Assembly: GCA_977862235.1 (NCBI GenBank)
Contig: OZ374558.1
Coordinates: forward strand, 310,001 to 374,000
Reading direction: 5' to 3'
DNA: 64,000 bases
From: Dudresnaya verticillata
Taxonomy: Eukaryota
Notes under the pieces: model-generated
Database searches by the model: none
Told to the model about the DNA's origin: nothing
The model's input: only the letters and a program-made list of their open reading frames with translations
Made by a program: the position numbers and the translations under genes
Part shown: positions 36,387-47,138 of the stretch, one piece after another
How the letters are laid out: every line of letters begins with the position of its first letter
Position numbering within the stretch: position 1 is the first letter of the stretch

Positions 36387-38335
36387 TCACCCCGAAGTAT
36401 TTTGGTTTGGAGTGGCCCGACGCGCCATGCGAGAACAGAACCGGGAGACCAAAGTGGCCGGTAAAAGAACTTCTGGTTCCCACGTACGGCCATTGTAACC
36501 GTACCATTTGACTTGGAACCACCGTTGGCCGGCCGCATTGGTGCGCATGTCCGTGAGCTTGCCAATGACATATTCTTCTGCAGTGGCAGTAACACCTTCT
36601 GGCAGAGTTCCTAGAGCAGCGCTAGTGACTGCTTCTGAAGTTATCGGTTGGCCATGCGGTCGAGGAGCTGCGACTATTCGGTCGGAGCTGACGTTCCAAC
36701 TGGCCAACTCGATCGATCAGGAAGGTGCGGCCATCGTTACTTAAACTCTTGTATGGCCCTTGCGCGTGATGTTCTAACTTCTTCGGCTGCTTCTCTGGAT
36801 TGTCCAAAAAGACAAAGTCACCCGCGGCCAACGACTTATTCCCCATACGTACAGACCGATCGAAGTCTTTCTTGTACCGCGCCTGCGTGCGAGCGAGACT
36901 GGCCGATGCTTTTCCTACGGCCTCTGAGAGCCGGCGGAGGAAAGCCTCCTTAACAGCACCAGTAGGCTTAGACATATTTAGCGTGGCCTCAAGCGAGAAA
37001 GGACCTGGTGGCCGACTGAGTACTAAGTCAAAAGGGGTCGTACCGGTCGAGCGATGAACATGTCAATTGTATGCGTATGTCAAAGCAACTGCGTACTCGC
37101 CCCAATCATTCTGATGGTCATTCACATAACTTCTCAACATGGCGGCTAGTGTCCGATTGTACCTTTCTACCTGGCCATTAGTCTGCGGGTGATAAGTCGT
37201 AGTGAATATATTGGCCACTTGTAGCAACCGGCAAACGGCCTGAAAGAATTTGGCTGCGAACTGCCCGCTGTTATCGGTGAGGACGGTCTTGGGGGCGCCG
37301 TACTTGAACACCCAATGGGTACAGATAGCAGTGGCCACATCTTAAGCAGATATGACAGTCAGTGGCACCACTTGTGTTAACTTGGAAAACCGACAGGTGA
37401 TAACTAAAATGTGTTCATGGCCCTTCTTTGTCTTCGGAAGCGCCCTAAGAAGATCCATGGCCACGCTCTCCAATGGTTGCGTCGCGGGAAACAGCTTCAG
37501 CCTGGACGTATGCCGGAGGCGGCGTATCCTATTCTTCGCACAATGGCCACAGTTGCGTACGGTCGCGAGACAATCCGCAGCCATGTGAGGCCAATAATAT
37601 GTACGTCTCGACGTATGATACATAAGGTTCTGGCCTGGATGGCCAGAAAGTATAGCATGATGGCAGAGGTGAAGGATGCGACCTTGTAAGGATGTCGGAA
37701 GGACTATCTGTTGTTGGCCATCTGACGGACAGAGTCGATACAGTGTGCCATCGGGTCCTTCAAAGAAGAGGGGACTCTTGGCTTTTCCCACCCCCGCCCT
37801 CGTGGCAAGGATGGTCTGGCAGAAGTCATCCCGTTTTTGTTCGTCAATAATCTCGGCCTGTGTCAGCGGTGTTGGCAACTTCTCTGATGCTTTCTCCTGT
37901 GCCTGTGCTCGGCTAAACGCCTCAGCTCGTCCGTAGTCAGTGTAATCGGCCATAAGGTATTCTTCCTCCCATGCGTCCACGTCACTTTCCCGTTCTTCTC
38001 TACTGGCCGTCGCAACTGCTTTTCGATTTCTTCTTGCCCTCTTGGTCGTAAGAACAGAGGAGTCACTGTCCAACACAGGTACTGTATCATCTATCGGTCG
38101 CACTTCCCCGCTCTCTTGCGGAGCCATCAGTCGGGACAAGGCGTCAGGGACTTGGTTCTTACGCCCGGGTTTATACTCGATCACAAAGTCGAACTCGGCC
38201 AGACGTAATCTCCATCTCGTAAGACGGCCAGATGAATCGGTGAGGGACATCAACCAGCGAAGGGCGTCGTGGTCCGTACGAACCGTGAACTTTGTACCTT
38301 TGACATATGGCCGTAGTGAGGTAATGGCTGCCCAT
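36387..38335 (-). pseudogene. pol: Element 3 pol remnant: RNase H end, integrase, chromodomain
   Basis: TDHDALRWL..SSGRLTRWRLRLAEFDF, HH..SGHPG..YYWP..CGHC, TTTYHPQTNGQVERYNRT, GPY, EEYVIGKL..WFQVKWYGY..TWEPE. Confidence 0.92.
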
Positions 38336-38343
38336 ACTGGAAG

Positions 38344-39291
38344 TGTGGATTCATGGGCATGGTGCCCAGGCGTTCGAGGCTCTCGACGACCTTCTGTAGC
38401 TATCCTGCAACGAGCCTGGTCCGGAGGTCTTCTTCTAGCAACTGCAAAGTCGCTGACTTGGCCAAATGGTCGGACGTGGAGGAAGAAGCGCGCTGTGCGC
38501 GAAGATGTTCGCGTTGTGCGACCGTCGGCTCGCGGTGGCGTCCTTGACTGCGTGAGAGACACAAGGTGGGGAGGAAGGCGCGCGCGGGGCGTTGGGATGC
38601 AGAGCTGTCGGAAAGGAGCACCTGATGCGGAGTGTGGCAAGAAGCCGCCCCACACGCTAGAGGAATTCGGAAGAGGATGACGCGGTGTGCGCGAAGGTTG
38701 TGGCGGATGACGGCGGAAAACACCTTGCGACTACGCGGGTGCGGACCCTGATATACGCTCACGCTTTTGGAGCGCTTGCTCAAAGTGCGGGAAATCTCGT
38801 CGACGGCGTCCCAGTCCCAGACGTTATGATACGCCGGCTTAGGCCCGAACAATCTGGCGGGACTGCCAAGCAAATTGGAAACGGCTCAAACCTCGCGGGG
38901 CTCTCGGTCTTACGAGGGGGCCGTGTGGCACAACGACGACTTGCGCCAAGTGGGCGTATTACGCTGTAATTTGTAACGGGCCAATGCCCTGTAAGACCCT
39001 GTCATTGCTGGGCTTCGCCACGATGTGATATGTGATTGGCGCCTTGCGCGAAATCACCCGCGCCTCAGACGCGCAATTGGCGCAAGACCATTGGTGTGGC
39101 GCTGGGATATTTCCCGATTATACGCCGCCACAGGGGGTATAATGATTATACGCCGCCACAGGGGCGTAGATCCGCCTCCCATTGTTCAACGTAATTCGCG
39201 TACAGTACACTCTAGTCGATATTATTAGCACCGGCACAAGCCCTATTTGTTGGTCCCCTGAATAGCAGGGCACCCCTGATTGAACCCCACG
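38344..39291. mobile_element. Probable old solo LTR (family D)
   Basis: TGTGGATTCA...TGAACCCCACG imperfect inverted ends. Flanks GGAAG/GGGAG (1 mismatch). Internal duplicate ATTATACGCCGCCACAGGGG at ~39117-39165. Confidence 0.55.
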
Positions 39292-39658
39292 GGGAGTTTC
39301 TCGGTCTTGACCATTTTCTGGATTCCGGACGCTTCCCGTTCCCTTTCTGGACGCCAACTACAGGCTCGTCACCGTACGGCAGGTTCCCTGCGGAATACCG
39401 GGTCGCGTCCCCCTTTTCCTTTTCCCTTTTCCTGGCCTAGTGCCATTCTACCAAGCCTCTACCACACCCGAGCTACCCGTGAGCACGACGGTTCCGGACA
39501 GGTGTCCTTTGTTCTTTTTGCCCTTCCTGGGCTGGACCCGTTGTGCTACACCTGGTTCGGCTTACTGCGCCAGTTCTTGCTCAGCAGCCGAGTCATCCAT
39601 CACGAATCCGGCAATACTCTTTTTTCTTCCGAACGCACCAACCCCGCAGGAGGTATAC

Positions 39659-41114
39659 TATGGTGAAGTGAAAGGCACACCTGTAAGGAGAGCTGATCAG
39701 GCAATCCCAATAAGGAGTGATCTCACACGGCACCGGGGTGGTAGAGCTTAGTTCGTAGACCGAAGGGAGTACCTCGATTGGCAACACCTGTAAGGAGTAA
39801 AGGGATGCAACAGACAAGGGGGACGGTACAGTGCCAGGGCAGCTACACCGGGACGGAGGTAAGAGGAATCCGTGCACGGGGCTGGCAAGGGGAAACCGTG
39901 AAGGAGTATGAGGGTAAGGCTTAGGGTAAGTCACTGTAGTATAGACGTCGGGTCGATCTGACGTCTGATACTTGCTGGTCCGAGGCCGCCACACAGACCC
40001 GTCGCTGGGTAGCTGTTGGGGTTGGTAGAGCGGTGTCGGCCGCGTGCGCCCCGCAGGTGCGGATCGACGGCGTCGATGCCGGAGCGCGCACGGGGCGTAC
40101 CGTACGCGGGTAGGCAGCGGCCGGATCCCAGCGTCCCTGTCGAAGGGCGGCACGAAGCCGACGGAAAGGAAAAGGAAAGGGGAAAAGCCTATCGAGGCAA
40201 GGGGAAAAAGGGAAACCGACCGCTGGCGTAAGGCAAAGGGATCGAACCCGAAAAGGCTGGGGGAAAGCTTCAGCGCGAGCTGTTGCTTGCCCGGTTTACT
40301 GAGCCGTCGATGGCCGACGGTCTTAAATACCCTACACTATGTGCACTACGACTACTTCTACAGTAGGTGCGCCCCACAACACCAACGCGGGAGGTGTGCA
40401 AGCGTGCGCCCATACACGTGTCGACACGTCCGGGTAACGGTTACCCGTGGGCGCGTGCGGGGCGTAACGGGCAGCGGCCCTCTCAACGGCTCGATGCCGG
40501 AGAGCGTTACAGGGGCGCGGCGTGTGCGGCACGGCGCGCGGCCGCTGCCGGCAGCAATGCGGTCGACCGCTACTAATTCAACGAAAAAACTAAGGGCACG
40601 CTGCCCAACCACGACTCGCCAGCGGGCGTCATCGTGTGCACCATTACAGTGCAGGGCTGCCAGCATACCTTACAGCCTCTGCTGGTAGGGTGCTGACAGC
40701 TATACTACAGTCACTTTGACCAGGGTTGCGTACCCGTTTACTGTAGGACTCGCGGTGGCCACCCATTAGTATACTGGGAGATACACCCCGCGGTCCGGTC
40801 CGTGTGAGCCAGACCCCAATGTGTCTGGTCCACCAGGTGGGTCCAGCCCTACTGGTCCCGGTCACCGTTGCGGACATGCTCGGCATTCTCATTGGCCGGC
40901 TGACACTACGTACTGTACAGCATCATTACAATTACCTAATTACAAATAAATCAACTACTTGGCTCCTATTGGTGGTGCGCGCAGACTCCAGCAAGGCGTA
41001 CAGTGCTACTGTGTCGCTGCACTCCCACTTCGGTTTTTAGCGCCAGCTCACCGGTGCGCCGGGCGCGAGTCGGCTCAACAGTCGTCGACACTCCACAACG
41101 GCCGCTTCACCACA
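39659..41114. mobile_element. Solo LTR (family C) interrupted by a family B-like solo LTR
   Basis: TATGGTGAAG...CTTCACCACA termini. TSD TATAC at 39654-39658 and 41115-41119. Uninterrupted homologue at 117-797. Confidence 0.85.
39935..40709. mobile_element. Solo LTR (family B-like) nested in family C solo LTR
   Basis: 10-bp TIR TGTAGTATAG...CTATACTACA. TSD GTCAC at 39930-39934 and 40710-40714. Co-linear with 15286-16121. Confidence 0.92.
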
Positions 41115-41241
41115 TATACTATTGGCAGAAGTATGGAGACGACCGCCTAATCTCTGAAGCGGAGAATTACCACTCTCTTCCCTTCAACTTCGGCGGGAAG
41201 AGCAGGTGTCACCGTATCAAGACACTCTATGGCGCCATCCA

Positions 41242-41404
41242 CTGTAATGCGAATGCCATCGTGGCGCGCGCAATCAAGAAGTCAGCTCGGAATTCATCCG
41301 GAGGTGTCAGCGATTTCGTATCGCGTGCGTGCTGTAATGCGAATGCCATCGTGGCGCGCGCACAGTATGCACACTGTAATACGTTTTCAATCTTGGCGTG
41401 CGCA
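41242..41404. repeat. Short direct repeats CTGTAATGCGAATGCCATCGTGGCGCGCGCA
   Basis: Exact copies at ~41242-41272 and ~41332-41362, plus a degenerate third copy at ~41374-41404. Confidence 0.85.
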
Positions 41405-41499
41405 TTCACGGAGTCACTTCGAAATTCGTATTGCTCGATCATTTTCACGTAGGCCACGGAGTCGTTTTGAGCACAACGTCTATACCACACGACATACGT

Positions 41500-41841
41500 T
41501 TGGGCAACCCCATCTTCTCCGGATGAGCACACTGTCCCTATTGTGCGCTGGGCCGTTCCCCTTCATCGCTTCTTGATAACCTGGGGCACCATGCCATGAT
41601 CTGTCCTAGCCAGAAAGGCACAGTCTGCAGCCACAAGTCCATCCGTGACTTGTGTGCTCAAGATCTCGGCGTTCGATCCTTGCCTCCAGTGCTCATCGAT
41701 TATTACAGTATTCTTTCAGCTTCGAACTCTACCTCCCTCCTAGCATGGCGTCGGATGGACGTTGTGATCAATTCTCTTAAATACAGTCCCAAACCGTAGG
41801 CCAATGATGTGACAATAGCCCCTCCTTTCGTCCCCCGATAC
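41500..41841 (+). pseudogene. RLE-type (CRE-like) non-LTR retrotransposon 3' remnant, left half (split by element 4)
   Basis: CPYC...LDNLGHHAMIC....CSHKSIRD Zn-knuckle and RRMDVVI endonuclease motif. Continues after the TSD at 55174. Confidence 0.75.
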
Positions 41842-42745
41842 TGTGGTGCAAAACGTCTGAGACGATAGACCGCCGAGCAGTTCGGGGCTCGGTGGGTAGC
41901 TGCGCCCTCGGCGATGGGTGGTCCCGCCGTGGGCGATTTGTTGGTAGAGCAAAGGAACACGCCTTGGGCGGACTGTAAACGCCCGAGGCGGAAAGTGTGA
42001 AGGAAGGGAAAGGGAAACAGAAAGGGAACACGTCAAGGACGATGGTAGATGTGGAAGCACGGGAGGTAGACGCTTAGCCGTAGGCAGCGGTAGGGTACGC
42101 GCGTGCCGGGGAAGTCTGGACCAAGGCCGGATTGCCCGGGCGTTTACTGTTACGTCTGGGACGGCTTACCTGTATAGTACGGCGGTGCGGCGGCGGCGGC
42201 GCGTGTGCGTAGCGCGGGAACTCGGGACACGTGTCGTCCCGAGGCGCGTCTGACAGATCACCGGTTGCATGCAGCCGCGCGCCTGACAGGTTGCCGTGCA
42301 ACCCCCTGTATGGGTGCTTACACACACACGTGGACGCGTGTGCCTTACAGCCGTGCGCGCGCGCATACTGTAGAGCGTGCGCCTTGGATCTAATCCGATA
42401 CTTGTCCGATCCCGATCCCATCCGGATCGGGCCAGCAATGCGAATACCCGCAGCCTTACAGGCGCGGATCTTACAGCTTAGACGATCCGGATAGCCAATC
42501 TGGATACCGGATCCGGATCCCATCTGGATCCGTATTACAGTGTCCCGGGGTGCCACGTCGGCCCATCACCGTACAGCGCCCGCGTGGCGCGCGGCGCGCA
42601 GTGTGCGCGCGCGCCACAGTGAGCCGTCGATGACGTGTTCCCGCGCCAACGGCGGTGGTGAGCGCCGGTGGCGGTTTCTCCGTCGGTCGACGTATTTGGT
42701 CTGCCCGCTCTCAGCGAAAAAGGGCTCACCTCCCCTTGCACCACA
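41842..42745 (-). repeat. 3' LTR of element 4
   Basis: Direct repeat of 54269-55168. Adjacent PPT complement CGACCCCCCTCC at 42746-42757. Confidence 0.96.
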
Positions 42746-43254
42746 CGACCCCCCTCCAAAACGCGAACACGACCCGACCCTCAACCTGCTGCCGTGCGCT
42801 CTTCCGTTGCGTCCCTGCCAACTTCCGCGCCTTGCGAGCGAGTCCCCGCGCCTTCGCGTATTGTGTTGGTGCGCCCGCGTGCGACTGCGACCTCGGCTGT
42901 GCCGTAAGAACTCCGCTCTTGTTGCGTTTGCGTACTCGTGCGGCTGCGTTGACGCTGCCCCGACATCACCGCCTGTGGCGCATAACGAGCTCCGTCGTTG
43001 ACGTCTATCACATATCCCTCGCCTGGGGCGTCGCAACTTAACCGTCATCGACGTCGTTTGTCTTCGGTATCGCCAGTGGCGCAGCAGCTGAACGTCGTTG
43101 ACGTGGGCTTCTTTTCCTCGCCTAAGGCGTTACAACAGTAATCGTCTTCGACGCACGCTTCTTGAAGCTTTCGCCAGTGGCGCAGAACGGGAGTCGTCTT
43201 TGACGTTTGTACAAGCATCGCCTTTGGCGTTAACATATTCTCGTCGTTGACGTC

Positions 43255-44745
43255 ATGCCGATGTTCAATGGCATGCAGGTGGCGGCGCCCTCGGCTGCGC
43301 CGGTGTACGCTTCGCCGGTCGACTTCGTCGGAAAGAACCCTCGAGATCACGCGCATTTCTTCGCGCGGGCCCCCTGGTTTGACCAGGAGGCCCTGCGCGA
43401 GGAAGAATTGGTTGCCCATTACGCTACTAGCGGTTTCTTGCCGGGGGGCCTGCCCCTCGGCGTCGTCTGGACGTTGGAATGGAAGTTACGCTGCGCCGTT
43501 CCTGAGGAATGGCTTTGGGTGCGAGCGGGACAGTCGCGTTCGGACGTCCACGCGCAGTTCGTCTCAGACGTGTATCGTCGCTTCACGCGTTATCCGGGGT
43601 CTACGTTAACGCCGCCCTTGTTCAATTATGATGAGAGACAGTACCGAACAGCCGGCGAAGCCGAATATGGTGCTCGTCTTGGGACGTTATCGCTCAAACA
43701 CGTGAGCGTGTCGATTAAGCCTCGCGTGTTGGGAGAGGCCTACCTGTTAGGCGTACGCTTGAAACCGGATTTTCGTTACTTGCATCGTACGGGTACGTTC
43801 TTTTGGGAGCGTTGTATCCGGTGGGAGTGCGAGACGCGTCGCCGAAAGGGCGTATTCGTACCTTACCAGGACATGCAGGTCGATCGCATTGAGCGTAGTA
43901 AGTTACCCTTCTGTTTCGTGAAGGTGCCGCCTGTATGGCGCGAGTTTGAGATATGCGAGGGGTTCTCCGTAGAGCTTCCTCTGTGTGTCACGTATCTTGG
44001 TTCCGAGCTGATGACCGACCCCTATTCCAGGTATTTGATCGTGTTTTACACGGAGTGGGTCGCCAATGTGGCGTATGCGTGGTTATGGGAGGTGTATGAC
44101 ACCTTCCGTATGTACCACTTGCCCCCACGTGTGGTGGCTCAGCTTGGCAGCCTCGACTTGGTCGAAATATTTGGCGGGTCCCGGAACGCCGAGGAGTTCT
44201 GGAACCTGCGCGCTGTGGCGGATGAGATCGATTGGAACGACCCGGCAATGGTGCCGTATGCGAACAACCGCCGTAAGGCGAACCGTCCGCGCTTCGCGGT
44301 GAGTCGGACTCACTCCGCCTGTGGCGATTGGATCCATTATAACCCGTGGAATAAGCGTCGTACGACGAAGAATATTGCGGAGCGCCATCGCAAAACGGAT
44401 CGCTTCACCCCGGGTAATCACCCGCGTGGTTTGCGTAAGAGCTGCGACTTTGTCGGTGCTTTTCCTCCGCATTTGAGTGACTTAATGGCCGAGGAGGATG
44501 CGTTTAACGCCGATGGCGGACCGGATAAGCCGTCTTGGACGGATATCGCTACGCCTATGGCGGTTGAGTCGACTGCCGAGCCTGCGCCCGCGTCTTCGGC
44601 TTTGCCCGTAGGCGCTGTCGGTGGCGATGGAGTGCCAGCTGGCCTGCCAGCTGTTGCTCCTCTGGACCTTGCGGCTCCCGTCGCTGACGATGATGGCGAT
44701 GCCGTTATGGCGACGCCAATATTGGAGTCGGCTCCGCCGACCTGA
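43255..44745 (+). CDS. Antisense accessory ORF of element 4, part 1 (Trp/Tyr/Arg-rich domain, unknown function)
   Basis: 496-aa ATG-initiated ORF between the 3' LTR and the chromodomain, with no long ORF on the opposite strand. Confidence 0.75.
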   Translation: MPMFNGMQVAAPSAAPVYASPVDFVGKNPRDHAHFFARAPWFDQEALREEELVAHYATSGFLPGGLPLGVVWTLEWKLRCAVPEEWLWVRAGQSRSDVHAQFVSDVYRRFTRYPGSTLTPPLFNYDERQYRTAGEAEYGARLGTLSLKHVSVSIKPRVLGEAYLLGVRLKPDFRYLHRTGTFFWERCIRWECETRRRKGVFVPYQDMQVDRIERSKLPFCFVKVPPVWREFEICEGFSVELPLCVTYLGSELMTDPYSRYLIVFYTEWVANVAYAWLWEVYDTFRMYHLPPRVVAQLGSLDLVEIFGGSRNAEEFWNLRAVADEIDWNDPAMVPYANNRRKANRPRFAVSRTHSACGDWIHYNPWNKRRTTKNIAERHRKTDRFTPGNHPRGLRKSCDFVGAFPPHLSDLMAEEDAFNADGGPDKPSWTDIATPMAVESTAEPAPASSALPVGAVGGDGVPAGLPAVAPLDLAAPVADDDGDAVMATPILESAPPT

Positions 44746-44798
44746 CTTCTCAAGGCGAAGCATCAAACGTCGCAGACGGTTCTGGGGGTCCAACTCCG

Positions 44799-45659
44799 GT
44801 GCCGGTTTGGACCGAAGAGCAGCGCCGCACCGTGCTTGCGTTATTGCAGGCGGCGGGCGTCGCTACTAGCGGTCTGAGCGGCTCACCCACTGAGTGGATG
44901 AGCCAATCTTTGTCGGCTGTGGTCCCACCTCAGGGTGGGAACACACCGAAGTCGACTAGTGTCGTAGGTTCTGCGTCGAAGGACGGTGTGGCGGAGAAGC
45001 CTTCGTCGCCTATGGCGAATGGTCCATCGTCTAAAGACGTGAGTATGACTGTACCGCCTGCGGCGAGCGAAGCGAATGCCGCTATAGCGTCGTTGACGGC
45101 TCCGAAGGAGCTAGGCGCTCCTGCGTCATTGACGGGTGTCGGAATAACAGCGCCGAAGGCGAGTGAAGAGGCGACGCCAATGAAGTCGGTTTCTGAACTG
45201 GCGCCAAAGGCGGTCGACGAGTCGTTGACTACGCTTAAAGCGGATGGGGCTGTGCCCGCGCCTAAGGCGAACGATGGCTTGAGCTCTGCGCCCGTGGCGG
45301 GTGTTATTGCTTCATCGCCTTTGGCGGATATTTTCGCGACGACGCCGAAGGCTATTGATGGGTCGCCCATTTCGCCTGCGGCGCCTGTTATAGTCACTCC
45401 GGCAGTTGCGGTGGCAAGGCATTTGCGGTCCGCCCCGGCTCCTGCCGTAAGTGTACCGTCGAGGACGGAGGACGACCTCTACGAGGAGGCGTTGCGTGCG
45501 CCGAAGGCGCTGAGGGTGTACCAGCCGATTCGTCTGCGACGAAAGAGTCTTGATGTCGTTTCAGGAACGGATAGCGGTCGCGAGGTGCGTATTGTGTTGC
45601 CCTTCGGCTCCTTTGCGGGACCGACGCGCGGGGTATTCCCTTTCGTCTTTGACGATTAA
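44799..45659 (+). CDS. Antisense accessory ORF of element 4, part 2 (Ala/Pro/Ser-rich with APK repeats)
   Basis: 286-aa ORF. Its frame stays open back to ~44695 and overlaps part 1, which suggests one frameshifted gene. Confidence 0.6.
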   Translation: MPVWTEEQRRTVLALLQAAGVATSGLSGSPTEWMSQSLSAVVPPQGGNTPKSTSVVGSASKDGVAEKPSSPMANGPSSKDVSMTVPPAASEANAAIASLTAPKELGAPASLTGVGITAPKASEEATPMKSVSELAPKAVDESLTTLKADGAVPAPKANDGLSSAPVAGVIASSPLADIFATTPKAIDGSPISPAAPVIVTPAVAVARHLRSAPAPAVSVPSRTEDDLYEEALRAPKALRVYQPIRLRRKSLDVVSGTDSGREVRIVLPFGSFAGPTRGVFPFVFDD

Positions 45660-46859
45660 TGTAGCTGTAGTGGTCGATTGCTAGGGCGTGGGGTTGTCCC
45701 CATTTGTTTTTAGCCCAGTAAACTTCGGCCATTGTCAGCGTCTTTGTGTGTCGCGTTTCGCGTTGGCCTTAGGGTGTGACTTTTGATCCACTTTCGACTT
45801 TGCGTCGTGTTCTTGGTTGCCCGCTGCAGTAGCGTTGGCGTTTTGGTGCTATTGGCCTTAGCCGTGCGTTGGCACTTGGCTTTGTTTGCCCAGTAGGGTC
45901 CGCTGTAGTAGCGTTGTTCTTCGTGTTTCACGCGCGGCGTTGGCGTATTTCCGCTTACTTAGCGTTTTTTGTAATTCATGTGTCGCACTGCACCTTGGGC
46001 GTGGTTTGTCGGGTCACTGCGCCTTGGGCCTGGTTTGTCGGCGTCCTCGACGACGGTCGCGAAGGCGGTGAGGTAGGTTTTGACGCCTCGGCGTTGCCGC
46101 CTCTTTCGTCCTCGACGTTCCTCCTTGTGGGTAGGGTAGAGTTGTCGGTCTCGCTCGCGCGACTGCGACGCGGCGGCCGCAGGCAGCGGCGGAGTCGTTG
46201 GCGATTTGCTGGCCTGTCGTGCACGGAACCCGCAGCAACTGCGTCTTCGACCACCTCCCCCCTCCCTTCGGGGGTGGGTTTGTCGGTGCGCTCCCTCTTG
46301 GAGAGTTACGTCGGAGACGTTCGATGGGTCTGGCGCGCGAGACCGTGGCCGGCAGGGTGGCGGTCTCAGGGACTTGGCCGTGGGGCGAGGCACGTCTCGA
46401 CGTCGGAGACGGTTGTTGTGCGCTGCCACTTTGCGCCTGTCGTCGCTGGGGCTCGTAGCACCTGCTCAGCCACTTGGCATAATTGCGTTCGTCGTGCGTT
46501 GACGGCGGGGTGGTGCGCGCTGCCGTGTTTGGAAATTAAAATTGGACCAATTACTGCCTCATATTACCCGAGGGGCGCCGGCGGCGGATCTCGATTTGCG
46601 ATCTGGATCCACTGTCAACAGCGCACCCATCTAGAATTTCCGTATGGGGGCTGCTGCGAGGTGGCGTGCGCGAGGCTGTCTATGACGCAACGACTTGCGT
46701 CCGCGTTCGTCCATGGCGTGCACGCGTGGTTGGCGCTGTCGCTCCGGCGACCGCGTCCACAGGTCATGGGTTGAGCTTCCGCGCCGTTGGCGATCGTAGG
46801 TCGAGCACGTGGTCTCGATCGTCCGTCCATTCGCTTCCAGCGGTATTTCCGGACTAGGG

Positions 46860-47054
46860 TTAGCCGCGCTGCGCGTCGTCGACGTTTGGCGGCAGCTGCA
46901 TACGTTTTCGACGGTGGTACCGTGTGACGTGGGATCGCGGCAAACTGGAGACTGGCTCCCAGGTGTTCGCTGAAGCGGGGTATCCGAACCACTTGACGCG
47001 GTAGAGGATCTCCTCATCATCCGCGTACGCGTGCGACTCGATGCGTTCAATCAC
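46860..47054 (-). CDS. Chromodomain of element 4 pol (frameshifted from the main ORF)
   Basis: YVIERIESH....EILYRVKWFGYPASANTWEPVSSLP. Confidence 0.9.
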   Translation of the reverse strand: MIERIESHAYADDEEILYRVKWFGYPASANTWEPVSSLPRSHVTRYHRRKRMQLPPNVDDAQRG

Positions 47055-47138
47055 GTATTATTTACCGCTCACAGCGTTCGGCTTGGACGTGGGTCTTTCC
47101 AGCGCCTTTGGCGGTTCGTCTCATTGCGTGATGGGCGT

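Larger units (their letters stand above)
31300..38338 (-). mobile_element. 5'-truncated large chromodomain Ty3/Gypsy element 3 with antisense accessory ORF
   Basis: LTR end TTGCACCACA at 32020 followed by the PPT complement CAGACCCCTT, the same layout as element 4. RNase H, integrase and chromodomain remnants at 36387-38335. Left LTR boundary uncertain. Confidence 0.8.

Noticed and set aside
41242..41404. CRISPR-like repeat-spacer appearance
   Set aside because: Only 2-3 units, irregular and related spacers, eukaryotic TE context, no cas genes.
43255..45659. env-like gene
   Set aside because: Antisense orientation, and no signal peptide or clear transmembrane helix.
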